64,000 nt of DNA from Nitrosopumilus sp. (GCA_965207445.1 CBDBLX010000002.1:480001-544000); one strand, 5' to 3'; numbered from the stretch's first letter, positions 21,193-31,962 are shown. Numbers and translations are program-made. Notes: generated by a model from the sequence alone, not told the origin.

Positions 21193-22471
21193 TTATTCTG
21201 ACTCCGCACGATCGAGCTTGGCAAGTGTTTCTTTAATGTTCTTCATAATCCCTCTAATCTCTTTTTCATCTTCATCATCTTCATTCTCATCAATTTCTGG
21301 TTGTGGTTGAGTTGGTTGTGGTTGAGTTGGTTGTGGTTGAGTTGGTTGTGGTTGAGTTGGTTGTGGTTGAGTTGGTTGTGGTTGAGTTGGTTGTGGTTGA
21401 GTTGGTTGTGGTTGAGTTGGTTGTGGTTGAGTTGGTTGTGGTTGAGTTGGTTGTGGTTGAGTTGGTTGTGGTTGAGTTGGTTGTGGTTGAGTTGGTTGTG
21501 GTTGAGTTGGTTGTGGTTGAGTTGGTTGTGGTTGAGTTGGTTGTGGTTGAGTTGGTTGTTGAGTTGGTGGTTGAGTTAGTTGGTTGTGGTTTGGTTTATC
21601 TTGGTTTGTTTATTTTTGGTCTGTACTGTTGGGTTGCTTTTTGATCTATTTTTCTCTGAATTGGTTCTGGTGTGGCTCTGACCTGTCTTCTGACATTTTG
21701 TATTTCTGGGTTTATGATTACTCTTTTTGGTTGTTGTTGTGTATTACTGGCAGGAGGTTGCTGCTGAACAGGTACAAGTATATCTGTTGCAGTCGACTGT
21801 GTCTTTTTTGGCTTTGGCGTGTCATATGGTGTAAACTTTGAACTTGACGGAATGCTTGTCAGTGTTGTGATCTCAAATGAACCTGGCGAATGTAAGCCAA
21901 CCCTTGGAATATTTGGTGTGGGTGATATTGTCTCTGCATCTTTTGTAGCATGTGATGTTGTTTGTGCTTGCGTGTCTTTTGTTGAATTTGTTAATTTTGA
22001 TCTTGCTATCTCTGTTGATGCTTTTTCATCTTTTTTCGATTCTGATAATTCTTGTGTTGCTTTGATGTCTGCAACTTTTGTTGCAATGTCATACATCTTT
22101 GTATCTAGGCTTGATAGTTTCTGATCCATCAAAGTGACAAGCCCATCACCCACAGGGCCTAAATCTGGATGATTTTTTGAATCTTCTAGCTTTTCTAGTC
22201 TTGCCATTACAATACTTAACTGATGTTGATACCTTGCTAGCAATTTTTCTTTATGTTCCCTTGGCATCGTCTCCCATTCTTTGGATTGATACAGTCTTGT
22301 TACGGTCTTTGCAAGTATCTCTTTTTCTATCTTGAGTGTCTTTATCTGATTTTGAATTTGTGAGCTTGCACTTAATGTAAGTAATTGATGAGTATTTTTT
22401 GTTCTTGCCCTAACTGCTACTGCTGTGGCGATTCCTGCCAACGAGCTTAATAAAAGAGCAACCTCTTGCAT
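21193..22471 (-). pseudogene. Hypothetical coiled-coil protein interrupted by a stop and frameshift at the edge of a (PTQPQ)n repeat
   Basis: The ORF 21596..22471 stops at 21596. A different frame then reads (PTQPQ)17-PEIDENEDDEDEKEIRGIMKNIKETLAKLDRAESE* and ends at 21193, next to the rpiA start. Confidence 0.65.
21301..21555. repeat. 15-bp perfect tandem repeat ttgtggttgagttgg x17, degenerate to about 21590
   Basis: Counted directly. Confidence 0.95.
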
Positions 22472-22639
22472 TTACGTATACCACTTTATCCACGAGTACT
22501 TTCTAAGTTTCGCATCTGGAAATCCACAACTAGAGCATCTGCCGCTTCGTTTATGTAATGAATTTTTACCGCAACGTCTGCATCTGATATGGACTTTTTT
22601 CTTTGTAAAGCCTCCCATTGATGTGGTACCTTTGACCAA
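22472..22639 (-). CDS. rpl37e: 50S ribosomal protein L37e (TTG start; not in ORF track)
   Basis: Manual translation [55 protein letters not shown]; follows the Lsm gene as is usual in archaea. Confidence 0.95.
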   Translation of the reverse strand: MVKGTTSMGGFTKKKVHIRCRRCGKNSLHKRSGRCSSCGFPDAKLRKYSWIKWYT

Positions 22640-22661
22640 CCTTACATCACATCCTCATTCA

Positions 22662-22898
22662 CTAATTCTGGGATGGAGGTGGTGATATCATTACAACATT
22701 GTCACCTCTAACTACAATTGATCCTAAACTCTTCGCCTCGCCTTCTGCTGGCATTTCCTCTGAGTCATCTAATAGTAGATTCATGTGTTGATCAAAACCC
22801 CGCAGGTTTCCCCTAATTGTCTTGTTTCCTTTTAGTTTTATCAGCACAAGTTGATTGATATTTTCATCAAGCACTTTTACTGCCATATCGACTGACAT
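22662..22898 (-). CDS. Sm/Lsm RNA-binding protein
   Basis: GNLRGFDQHMNLLL (Sm1) and IVVRGDNVV (Sm2). Confidence 0.95.
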   Translation of the reverse strand: MSVDMAVKVLDENINQLVLIKLKGNKTIRGNLRGFDQHMNLLLDDSEEMPAEGEAKSLGSIVVRGDNVVMISPPPSQN

Positions 22899-22956
22899 AT
22901 TTCTGATTTTTTGGCCTCATAACTAGTATATTAAAATTTCATTGATCAATATATGA

Positions 22957-24420
22957 TCAATAAATTGATATATTTTTCAACTCAAGCAAAATATCTGTAT
23001 ACTGTTTTACTATTTTTTCTGTATCTACTTGGGTTGGCGCCTCAGCATATACACGTATTGCAGGCTCTGTACCACTTGGCCGAATTAGTACCCACCTATC
23101 CCCTATATCTGACAAAATTATTTTGAGTCCATCTCTGTCATCTGATACCTCAAGTGTACTGTGCAGATGTGCCATTACATCATTTTGGTCATTGAATGCA
23201 CATCTGACCTTTGTCTTTGCTGTATATGTGGGGGGTAGTAATTTTGTGTGTTCTGAGAGTGTCATATTTTTTGAGTGTGCTAACATATCGAGCACAAGTG
23301 CTAGTGTCATGCATCCATCCCGCACCGCATTATGTGGTCCATACATGAATCCTCCATTCTCTTCATATCCTATGATTGCACCTGTATCCCTCATACATTG
23401 AGACACCTCAACACTTCCAATCTTTGTTCGTATAACATTGGCCCCAAAATGACCTGCTACTTTTTCTATTGCTGAGCTAGAATTCAGACATGTTGCAATT
23501 TTTATACCTGTGGTATTGTCTTTTGTATTTTGTATATTTTTTTTAAGTGTGTTTTTTTGTAGTATATGTTTTACTAGTACAAGTGCAGAACGATCACCTA
23601 TAACAATTTGACCATTTTCATCACAAAACATACTTCTATCTCCATCACCATCAAATGCCACTCCGAGATCAGCATTGTTTTCTAACACTGCATGCGATAG
23701 TTGTGACAAATTTTCTGGGGTTGGTTCTGGGCCCCGACCTGGGAATTCTCCATCTATTGAATCATTTATAGTCACATATTTGGCTTTTAATTTTTCACAC
23801 AATTGCATTGCGTGTGGACCTTGTACGCCATTTCCTGAGTCAATTACAATTTTGATCTTTTTTTCTGATATTGTATCGTGATCTATTTTTGATATTATGT
23901 CGGGTATATATGCAAATGATTCATTTTTCTTTACAATTGTACCCCATCTGTTATTTGGCTTTGTATGTATGTTTTTAGCATGATACATTTTTTCTATCTC
24001 TCTCTCATATTTTCGTGGTATCTCTATACCATCTGATGCAACGACCTTTAATCCATTATACTCTGGTGGGTTATGTGAAGCTGTGATCATTATTCCTCCT
24101 ACATAATCTTGTGGAAATTTTTTTATCTCATATTGGAGGCAAGGCGTTGAGATCATGCCTGCAATCGTACAATTAATGCCTGCATAACTTAATGATGCTG
24201 CAATGGCATTGCATATGAGATGTCCTGTACTTCGTCCATCATATCCTACAAGTATGGATTTTCTTGTATTTTCATTTTTGATTGTCATATGTGTTCCAAT
24301 CGTTGATGCCATCTCAGAGATGAATTCCAATGTAAAAAAATCATGTTCCAATATTCCTCGTATGCCGTTTGTTCCAAAGTACGTATTGTTGCCCATTATC
24401 ACTTTTTTTAATACTGACAA
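22957..24420 (-). CDS. Phosphohexomutase (phosphoglucosamine mutase / PGM-PMM family)
   Basis: FGTNGIRG, TASHNP, FDGDGDR, GYEENGG and RPSGTEP motifs. Confidence 0.9.
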   Translation of the reverse strand: MSVLKKVIMGNNTYFGTNGIRGILEHDFFTLEFISEMASTIGTHMTIKNENTRKSILVGYDGRSTGHLICNAIAASLSYAGINCTIAGMISTPCLQYEIKKFPQDYVGGIMITASHNPPEYNGLKVVASDGIEIPRKYEREIEKMYHAKNIHTKPNNRWGTIVKKNESFAYIPDIISKIDHDTISEKKIKIVIDSGNGVQGPHAMQLCEKLKAKYVTINDSIDGEFPGRGPEPTPENLSQLSHAVLENNADLGVAFDGDGDRSMFCDENGQIVIGDRSALVLVKHILQKNTLKKNIQNTKDNTTGIKIATCLNSSSAIEKVAGHFGANVIRTKIGSVEVSQCMRDTGAIIGYEENGGFMYGPHNAVRDGCMTLALVLDMLAHSKNMTLSEHTKLLPPTYTAKTKVRCAFNDQNDVMAHLHSTLEVSDDRDGLKIILSDIGDRWVLIRPSGTEPAIRVYAEAPTQVDTEKIVKQYTDILLELKNISIY

Positions 24421-24452
24421 TAGATAAATTTGTGTTCTATATAATGTGTGAC

Positions 24453-24540
24453 GCGGGAGTTGCCAAGCCTGGTCAAAGGCGTAGGGCTTAGGACCCTATC
24501 TTTTAGGAGTTCGTGGGTTCAAATCCCACCTTCCGCACCA
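24453..24540 (+). tRNA. tRNA-Leu (anticodon TAG), CCA encoded
   Basis: GCGGGAG...TAGGG-CT-TAG-GA-CCCTA, long variable arm, GGTTCAAATCC, CTTCCGC-A-CCA. Confidence 0.95.
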
Positions 24541-24840
24541 AAATTACCCATTCATGTATTTTATAATTATATTTTTAAATAAAATATGTGCGACATTAAA
24601 CTCATAATTGTTAATAGTTTTTAAAATAATTATTACTCGAATAAATTTCAATCTCTATTGTTTGTTGGCAAATAATAAGTTCAAACTTGCACATTTATGA
24701 GAATTGCACAACCTAAACTTAACTGTCTAATTTATTGTCATATGTATACTTGGATTAATTTTATTTTATACGTTGGTGTTGGATATAAAGTACTTGAAAT
24801 AAAACAACACAATCAAAAAAGTGACTAAAAATGGATGTTA

Positions 24841-25318
24841 TATATTACTGCAAAAAAGGTGTGAACCAACCTGTTTTGGCATAATAATAAAATCATACAC
24901 ATTTAAGATTTATCATCAGACAACGGACCAATGATTTCACACAATTTATCTCAGACATTTAGTCCCCGTAGATTCCACGTCTCAACACAACTAAGTTTAA
25001 CACAGAGACTTTCTGCCCCTTGCAATTCTTTAACTTACTAGCTATTTTTTGCTCAAGTCACTAAATTTTCTTTTTCATATTTTATTTTTAATTTAATACA
25101 TACATCATCTGCTTTGTCTGGCCTTTTTGACTCATAGTGTTGGTAAAAAAATTTGATTATACAAATGTATTTATTATTTCCAATAATTTAGATAAATTAA
25201 TTTAAATATAAAAAAATACAATCATTACAAAACCTCAAAATCCAAATTATCTTTCATATTCAAATTTTAAATGATATATTAGTCAGGAAGGTTGGTTCAC
25301 GCATTTTTGCATACTATA
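24841..25318. mobile_element. Degenerate MITE-like element bounded by imperfect ~24-bp inverted repeats
   Basis: tgcaaaaaaggtgtgaaccaacct (24849-24872) versus the reverse complement of 25289-25311, tgcaaaaatgcgtgaaccaacct; no intact ORF inside. Confidence 0.5.
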
Positions 25319-25608
25319 AATGAATATATTTTTGACTTTTCCTAGAGGAATAGTTACGCACCGCATTTGAGATCATGCCATGCATATATCAAAAATGATC
25401 ATAGGTTATTTACAACTGATTCATGACCTTGATCTGGGTTAAGATTTATGAGCGTCGCTATACTCTTGCGTCTGTTGTCGCCTCCTTTGCCCCTACGCAT
25501 TCAGTTTTGATCGGTCTCACTCTAGATGGATTCTTGCCAATTTCCATAAAATAAACGCGAATCAAAATTTACGAAATTGTTATAAATACGTGTTTTGAGA
25601 GTTAATTA

Positions 25609-28600
25609 TTGAATAAAGGAGCATTATATGGTATTATTGGTGCTGCAATTGCAATTGGTATTGGTATTGCTGTAGTTGCATCTATGGCACCTGTTGACGA
25701 TCAACCAGCACTTCCTACTGTTCCAGTGGATCCACCTCTAGATGATGCTCCTCCTGTTGATGATACTTCTATTGATGATGTCACATCTGATGTAGCACTA
25801 GTTGATGTTGGTGTCTTGTTGCCTGCAACAGGTGATTTGACAAGCCATGGAAACGAGAACAAACTTTCACTAGAACTATCAGTTGAAGATTTCAATCAAT
25901 ATCTAGAAGATAAAAATGCTGACTGGCGTATGAACCTTGTAATAGAGGATACCCAATCTGATCCAATCGTTGCACTAGAAAAAATTCAATCCCTCAACTC
26001 TAAAGGAATTAAATATGCACTTGGTCCAGAATCTAGTGCAGAGACTCGCAACATTATGTCATATGCAGATTCTAATGATATGATTATTCTCTCACCCTCC
26101 TCAACGTCACCGAAACTTGCAGTTGCAGACAACATATTCCGCTTTGTACCTGATGATACAATACAAGGCAAGGTAGTCGCAGCACTACTTGCTGACAAGG
26201 GAATAAAGGTCGTAGTGCCAATATATAGAGGCGATGTATGGGGTGATGGACTGTTTGAGTCCACACAAATGTCATTTGAAGAGATGGGTGGTATTATAGC
26301 TGATCCTATACGCTTTTCACCTGAAATTACCACATTCTCTACTGAAGCTCAAACCTTATCTGTTAGTATAGATCGACTCCACCAAGATTATGCAGCCGGT
26401 GAAGTTGGTGTATTTGTAATTGGATTTGATGAAATTGTACACCTGTTTAACTCTGCACTTGAATATGATAACCTAAACAACGTACCGTGGTTTGGTGCTG
26501 ATGGTAATGCTGGTGCAAGTACAATCGTTGATGACCCACGCTCTGCAGAGTTTACAACTAATGTTGGATTTATTGCGACACAGTTTGCAGCATCTGACAA
26601 CGAGGTATTTGAGATGGTAAGATCAGACTTTGAAGCACACACTGGGAAAACCCCAAGCAACAACTATGTCTATTCATCATATGACAGTCTGTGGGTCTTG
26701 GGACTCTCAATGGAAAAAGTTGGATTTAATGCACTTGACATAAAGGAACAACTTCCAGCAACTGGACTAGAGTATACGGGAGCACTTGGTACTGTTATAC
26801 TAAATGATGCAGGAGATTTGGCCATTTCAGACTATGAGTTGTGGTCTGTTATAGATGGTGCGTGGGAGCCTACTGCTAGATACAATGCCGCAACTGGTGA
26901 GATTGTAGGTTATGATGATGGAATGATGATGATGGATGGACAAATGATAGTTGATGTTGGTGTCTTGTTGCCTGCAACAGGTGATTTGACAAGCCATGGA
27001 AACGAGAACAAACTTTCACTAGAACTATCAGTTGAAGATTTCAACCAATATCTAGAAGATAAAAATGCTGACTGGCGTATGAACCTTGTAATAGAGGATA
27101 CCCAATCTGATCCAATCGTTGCACTAGAAAAAATTCAATCCCTCAACTCTAAAGGAATTAAATATGCACTTGGTCCAGAATCTAGTGCAGAGACTCGCAA
27201 CATTATGTCATATGCAGATTCTAATGATATGATTATTCTCTCACCCTCCTCAACGTCACCGAAACTTGCAGTTGCAGACAACATATTCCGCTTTGTACCT
27301 GATGATACAATACAAGGCAAGGTAGTCGCAGCACTACTTGCTGACAAGGGAATAAAGGTCGTAGTGCCAATATATAGAGGCGATGTATGGGGTGATGGAC
27401 TGTTTGAGTCCACACAAATGTCATTTGAAGAGATGGGTGGTATTATAGCTGATCCTATACGCTTTTCACCTGAAATTACCACATTCTCTACTGAAGCTCA
27501 AGTCTTGTCCAATAGTATTGACAGACTCCATCAAGATTATGCAGCCGGTGAAGTTGGTGTATTTGTAATTGGATTTGATGAAATTGTACACCTGTTTAAC
27601 TCTGCACTTGAATATGATAACCTAAACAACGTACCGTGGTTTGGTGCTGATGGTAATGCTGGTGCAAGTACAATCGTTGATGACCCACGCTCTGCAGAGT
27701 TTACAACTAATGTTGGATTTATTGCGACACAGTTTGCAGCATCTGACAACGAGGTATTTGAGATGGTAAGATCAGACTTTGAAGCACACACTGGGAAAAC
27801 CCCAAGCAACAACTATGTCTATTCATCATATGACAGTCTGTGGGTCTTGGGACTCTCAATGGAAAAAGTTGGATTTAATGCACTTGACATAAAGGAACAA
27901 CTTCCAGCAACTGGACTAGAGTATACGGGAGCACTTGGTACTGTTATACTAAATGATGCAGGAGATTTGGCCATTTCAGACTATGAGTTGTGGTCTGTTA
28001 TAGATGGTGCGTGGGAGCCTACTGCTAGATACAATGCCGCAACTGGTGAGATTGTAGGTTATGATGATGGAATGATGATGGATGATGGTATGATGATGGA
28101 TGATGGAATGATGATGGGTGAACCAATGGTAGTTGATGTTGGTGTCTTGTTGCCTGCAACAGGTGATTTGACAAGCCATGGAAACGAGAACAAACTTTCA
28201 CTAGAACTATCAGTTGAAGATTTCAACCAATATCTAGAAGATAAAAATGCTGACTGGCGTATGAACCTTGTAATAGAGGATACTCAATCTGATCCAATCG
28301 TTGCACTAGAAAAAATTCAATCCCTCAACTCTAAAGGAATTAAATATGCACTTGGTCCAGAATCTAGTGCAGAGACTCGCAACATTATGTCATATGCAGA
28401 TTCTAATGATATGATTATTCTCTCACCCTCCTCAACGTCACCGAAACTTGCAGTTGCAGACAACATATTCCGCTTTGTACCTGATGATACAATACAAGGC
28501 AAGGTAGTCGCAGCACTACTTGCTGACAAGGGAATAAAGGTCGTAGTGCCAATATATAGAGGCGATGTATGGGGTGATGGACTGTTTGAGTCCACACAAA

Positions 28601-30447
28601 TGTCATTTGAAGAGATGGGTGGTATTATAGCTGATCCTATACGCTTTTCACCTGAAATTACCACATTCTCTACTGAAGCTCAAGTCTTGTCCAATAGTAT
28701 TGACAGACTCCATCAAGATTATGCAGCCGGTGAAGTTGGTGTATTTGTAATTGGATTTGATGAAATTGTACACCTGTTTAACTCTGCACTTGAATATGAT
28801 AACCTAAACAACGTACCGTGGTTTGGTGCTGATGGTAATGCTGGTGCAAGTACAATCGTTGATGACCCACGCTCTGCAGAGTTTACAACTAATGTTGGAT
28901 TTATTGCGACACAGTTTGCAGCATCTGACAACGAGGTATTTGAGATGGTAAGATCAGACTTTGAAGAACTCACTGGGAAAACCCCAAGCAACAACTATGT
29001 CTATTCATCATATGACAGTCTGTGGGTCTTGGGACTCTCAATGGAAAAAGTTGGATTTAATGCACTTGACATAAAGGAACAACTTCCAGCAACTGGACTA
29101 GAGTATACGGGAGCACTTGGTACTGTTATACTAAATGATGCAGGAGATTTGGCCATTTCAGACTATGAGTTGTGGTCTGTTATAGATGGTGCGTGGGAGC
29201 CTACTGCTAGATACAATGCCGCAACTGGTGAGATTGTAGGTTATGATGATGGAATGATGATGGATGATGGTATGATGATGGATGATGGAATGATGATGGA
29301 TGATGGAATGATGATGGGTGAACCAATGGTAGTTGATGTTGGTGTCTTGTTGCCTGCAACAGGTGATTTGACAAGCCATGGAAACGAGAACAAACTTTCA
29401 CTAGAACTATCAGTTGAAGATTTCAACCAATATCTAGAAGATAAAAATGCTGACTGGCGTATGAACCTTGTAATAGAGGATACTCAATCTGATCCAATCG
29501 TTGCACTAGAAAAAATTCAATCCCTCAACTCTAAAGGAATTAAATATGCACTTGGTCCAGAATCTAGTGCAGAGACTCGCAACATTATGTCATATGCAGA
29601 TTCTAATGATATGATTATTCTCTCACCCTCCTCAACGTCACCGAAACTTGCAGTTGCAGACAACATATTCCGCTTTGTACCTGATGATACAATACAAGGC
29701 AAGGTAGTCGCAGCACTACTTGCTGACAAGGGAATAAAGGTCGTAGTGCCAATATATAGAGGCGATGTATGGGGTGATGGACTGTTTGAGTCCACACAAA
29801 TGTCATTTGAAGAGATGGGTGGTATTATAGCTGATCCTATACGCTTTTCACCTGAAATTACCACATTCTCTACTGAAGCTCAAGTCTTGTCCAATAGTAT
29901 TGACAGACTCCATCAAGATTATGCAGCCGGTGAAGTTGGTGTATTTGTAATTGGATTTGATGAAATTGTACACCTGTTTAACTCTGCACTTGAATATGAT
30001 AACCTAAACAACGTACCGTGGTTTGGTGCTGATGGTAATGCTGGTGCAAGTACAATCGTTGATGACCCACGCTCTGCAGAGTTTACAACTAATGTTGGAT
30101 TTATTGCGACACAGTTTGCAGCATCTGACAACGAGGTATTTGAGATGGTAAGATCAGACTTTGAAGAACTCACTGGGAAAACCCCAAGCAACAACTATGT
30201 CTATTCATCATATGACAGTCTGTGGGTCTTGGGACTCTCAATGGAAAAAGTTGGATTTAATGCACTTGACATAAAGGAACAACTTCCAGCAACTGGACTA
30301 GAGTATACGGGAGCACTTGGTACTGTTATACTAAATGATGCAGGAGATTTGGCCATTTCAGACTATGAGTTGTGGTCTGTTATAGATGGTGCGTGGGAGC
30401 CTACTGCTAGATACAATGCCGCAACTGGTGAGATTGTAGACTATTGA
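25609..30447 (+). CDS. Liv-type ABC substrate-binding protein with four tandem near-identical binding domains and Met-rich linkers (1612 aa)
   Basis: N-terminal TM anchor, then four copies of VGVLLPATGDL...GPESS...LSPSSTS...FRFVPDD...LNDAGD; first gene of the liv operon. Confidence 0.9.
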   Translation: MNKGALYGIIGAAIAIGIGIAVVASMAPVDDQPALPTVPVDPPLDDAPPVDDTSIDDVTSDVALVDVGVLLPATGDLTSHGNENKLSLELSVEDFNQYLEDKNADWRMNLVIEDTQSDPIVALEKIQSLNSKGIKYALGPESSAETRNIMSYADSNDMIILSPSSTSPKLAVADNIFRFVPDDTIQGKVVAALLADKGIKVVVPIYRGDVWGDGLFESTQMSFEEMGGIIADPIRFSPEITTFSTEAQTLSVSIDRLHQDYAAGEVGVFVIGFDEIVHLFNSALEYDNLNNVPWFGADGNAGASTIVDDPRSAEFTTNVGFIATQFAASDNEVFEMVRSDFEAHTGKTPSNNYVYSSYDSLWVLGLSMEKVGFNALDIKEQLPATGLEYTGALGTVILNDAGDLAISDYELWSVIDGAWEPTARYNAATGEIVGYDDGMMMMDGQMIVDVGVLLPATGDLTSHGNENKLSLELSVEDFNQYLEDKNADWRMNLVIEDTQSDPIVALEKIQSLNSKGIKYALGPESSAETRNIMSYADSNDMIILSPSSTSPKLAVADNIFRFVPDDTIQGKVVAALLADKGIKVVVPIYRGDVWGDGLFESTQMSFEEMGGIIADPIRFSPEITTFSTEAQVLSNSIDRLHQDYAAGEVGVFVIGFDEIVHLFNSALEYDNLNNVPWFGADGNAGASTIVDDPRSAEFTTNVGFIATQFAASDNEVFEMVRSDFEAHTGKTPSNNYVYSSYDSLWVLGLSMEKVGFNALDIKEQLPATGLEYTGALGTVILNDAGDLAISDYELWSVIDGAWEPTARYNAATGEIVGYDDGMMMDDGMMMDDGMMMGEPMVVDVGVLLPATGDLTSHGNENKLSLELSVEDFNQYLEDKNADWRMNLVIEDTQSDPIVALEKIQSLNSKGIKYALGPESSAETRNIMSYADSNDMIILSPSSTSPKLAVADNIFRFVPDDTIQGKVVAALLADKGIKVVVPIYRGDVWGDGLFESTQMSFEEMGGIIADPIRFSPEITTFSTEAQVLSNSIDRLHQDYAAGEVGVFVIGFDEIVHLFNSALEYDNLNNVPWFGADGNAGASTIVDDPRSAEFTTNVGFIATQFAASDNEVFEMVRSDFEELTGKTPSNNYVYSSYDSLWVLGLSMEKVGFNALDIKEQLPATGLEYTGALGTVILNDAGDLAISDYELWSVIDGAWEPTARYNAATGEIVGYDDGMMMDDGMMMDDGMMMDDGMMMGEPMVVDVGVLLPATGDLTSHGNENKLSLELSVEDFNQYLEDKNADWRMNLVIEDTQSDPIVALEKIQSLNSKGIKYALGPESSAETRNIMSYADSNDMIILSPSSTSPKLAVADNIFRFVPDDTIQGKVVAALLADKGIKVVVPIYRGDVWGDGLFESTQMSFEEMGGIIADPIRFSPEITTFSTEAQVLSNSIDRLHQDYAAGEVGVFVIGFDEIVHLFNSALEYDNLNNVPWFGADGNAGASTIVDDPRSAEFTTNVGFIATQFAASDNEVFEMVRSDFEELTGKTPSNNYVYSSYDSLWVLGLSMEKVGFNALDIKEQLPATGLEYTGALGTVILNDAGDLAISDYELWSVIDGAWEPTARYNAATGEIVDY
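25799..30438. repeat. Four ~1.1-kb near-identical tandem units (starts about 25799, 26948, 28130, 29330)
   Basis: Periods of 1149, 1182 and 1200 bp differ only by linker length; only a few diagnostic SNP blocks separate the copies. Confidence 0.95.
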
Positions 30448-31193
30448 GTCTTTTAACAGTAACTGGATTAAAGAAATCCTTTGGTGGTATAGCTGCCCTA
30501 GCCGGTGTTAATGTGGACTTGATTCCAAATAGGATTAATCTCTTGATTGGTGCAAATGGTTGTGGCAAATCAACTCTAATAAATACAATATTTGGGTTAT
30601 GGCCTCCAGACGCTGGTACTGTCACACTTCGTGGTAAAGATATCACCGGACTGCCTCCAGACCAGATATATCATGGTGGAATAATGCGTACATTTCAGAT
30701 TCCAAAACACTTTGCTGGTCTATCTGTCATGGAGAATATGTTAATGGCTCTTCCTGATCCTGGGGAAAAATTCCGTAAAGCACTATTACCTTCACAATGG
30801 AGGGCAAATGAAGCTCGCCAAACAAAAAAAGCACTGAAAATATTGGAATCTTTGGAACTGTTGCATCTAAAGGACTCGTTGTCATTTGAAGTTTCTGGAG
30901 GGCAGATTAAACTATTGGAACTAGGAAAGACTCTGATGACTAATACTGATATTATCATGCTCGATGAGCCTATTGCAGGAGTAAACCCTACTCTTGCAAA
31001 CAAAATATTCTCAAAGATTAGAGATATGTTAGATGAGAATATTACATTTCTTATTATTGAACATCGTCTAGACATTGCTTTAAAATACTCTGATCATGTA
31101 TTTGTTATGGATCATGGACGGATAGTTGCAGATGATCATCCTGACCACATACTTGAAGACAAAGTTGTGCAAGAGTCGTACCTCGGAAAGTGA
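30444..31193 (+). CDS. livG: Branched-chain amino acid ABC transporter ATPase (LivG-like)
   Basis: KSFGGIAAL, GANGCGKST, MRTFQIP, LDEPIAGVNP, IEH. Confidence 0.9.
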   Translation: MSLLTVTGLKKSFGGIAALAGVNVDLIPNRINLLIGANGCGKSTLINTIFGLWPPDAGTVTLRGKDITGLPPDQIYHGGIMRTFQIPKHFAGLSVMENMLMALPDPGEKFRKALLPSQWRANEARQTKKALKILESLELLHLKDSLSFEVSGGQIKLLELGKTLMTNTDIIMLDEPIAGVNPTLANKIFSKIRDMLDENITFLIIEHRLDIALKYSDHVFVMDHGRIVADDHPDHILEDKVVQESYLGK

Positions 31194-31954
31194 TGAATAT
31201 AATGAGTGTGTCAAGTCCAATTATGAGTGGTAAGAGTGGTTCTACTGCTGAAAAAATAGATACAAGCACCGCAGTCAAGATATCAAATTTAGTATGTGGT
31301 TATGGAAAAAATCAGGTTTTACACGGGGTGGATTTTGAAGCCAACATGTCACAGATAACTGCTATTGTAGGATCAAACGGCTCTGGTAAAAGTACATTGT
31401 TAAAATCTCTTTTTGGACTTTGCGATGTGAAATCTGGCTCTATCAATGCTCTGGGTAAAGATATAACACATATTCCAACACATGCAATTTTACGGTTTGG
31501 AATATCATACATGGCACAAAGAAAGAATGTATTTCAAAATCTCACACTCAAAGAGAACCTTTCAGTAGTGGCAGGTACAGGTGATGCAGAACGTGCCATG
31601 GAACAATTCCCTGAACTAGTACCTTTCCTTGATCGTGTATCTGCAACCCTTAGTGGCGGACAAAAACAACTCCTTGCAATGGCAATGATGTTAGTATACA
31701 AACCTAAAATCATGCTCTTTGATGAACCTACTGCTGCATTATCTCCAAAGAATTCATCAGTTATAATTGAAAAGATAAAAAAACTTAACGCAGCACACGA
31801 CAGCTGCATCATACTAGTAGAGCAGAATGTAAAGGCTGCACTCAAAAACTGTGACAAGGTATACTTACTTGCAAGTGGTAATGTTGTGTATAGTGGTGAT
31901 CCGGCAACTTTGCTTGCTGACAAAGATCTTGCCTCAAAGTATCTTGGGATGTGA
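31190..31954 (+). CDS. livF: Branched-chain amino acid ABC transporter ATPase (LivF-like)
   Basis: GSNGSGKST, LSGGQKQLLAMA, DEPTAALSP, LVEQN. Confidence 0.9.
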   Translation: MMNIMSVSSPIMSGKSGSTAEKIDTSTAVKISNLVCGYGKNQVLHGVDFEANMSQITAIVGSNGSGKSTLLKSLFGLCDVKSGSINALGKDITHIPTHAILRFGISYMAQRKNVFQNLTLKENLSVVAGTGDAERAMEQFPELVPFLDRVSATLSGGQKQLLAMAMMLVYKPKIMLFDEPTAALSPKNSSVIIEKIKKLNAAHDSCIILVEQNVKAALKNCDKVYLLASGNVVYSGDPATLLADKDLASKYLGM

Positions 31955-31962
31955 TGATGTGA

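Noticed and set aside
21301..21644. Plus-strand ORFs (WLSWL)n and (VVELV)n
   Set aside because: Antisense readings of the 15-bp repeat; the minus-strand PTQPQ frame fits the gene context.
25701..30194. Repeated minus-strand ORFs (115, 63, 91 aa)
   Set aside because: Antisense shadows of the four-domain binding protein gene.
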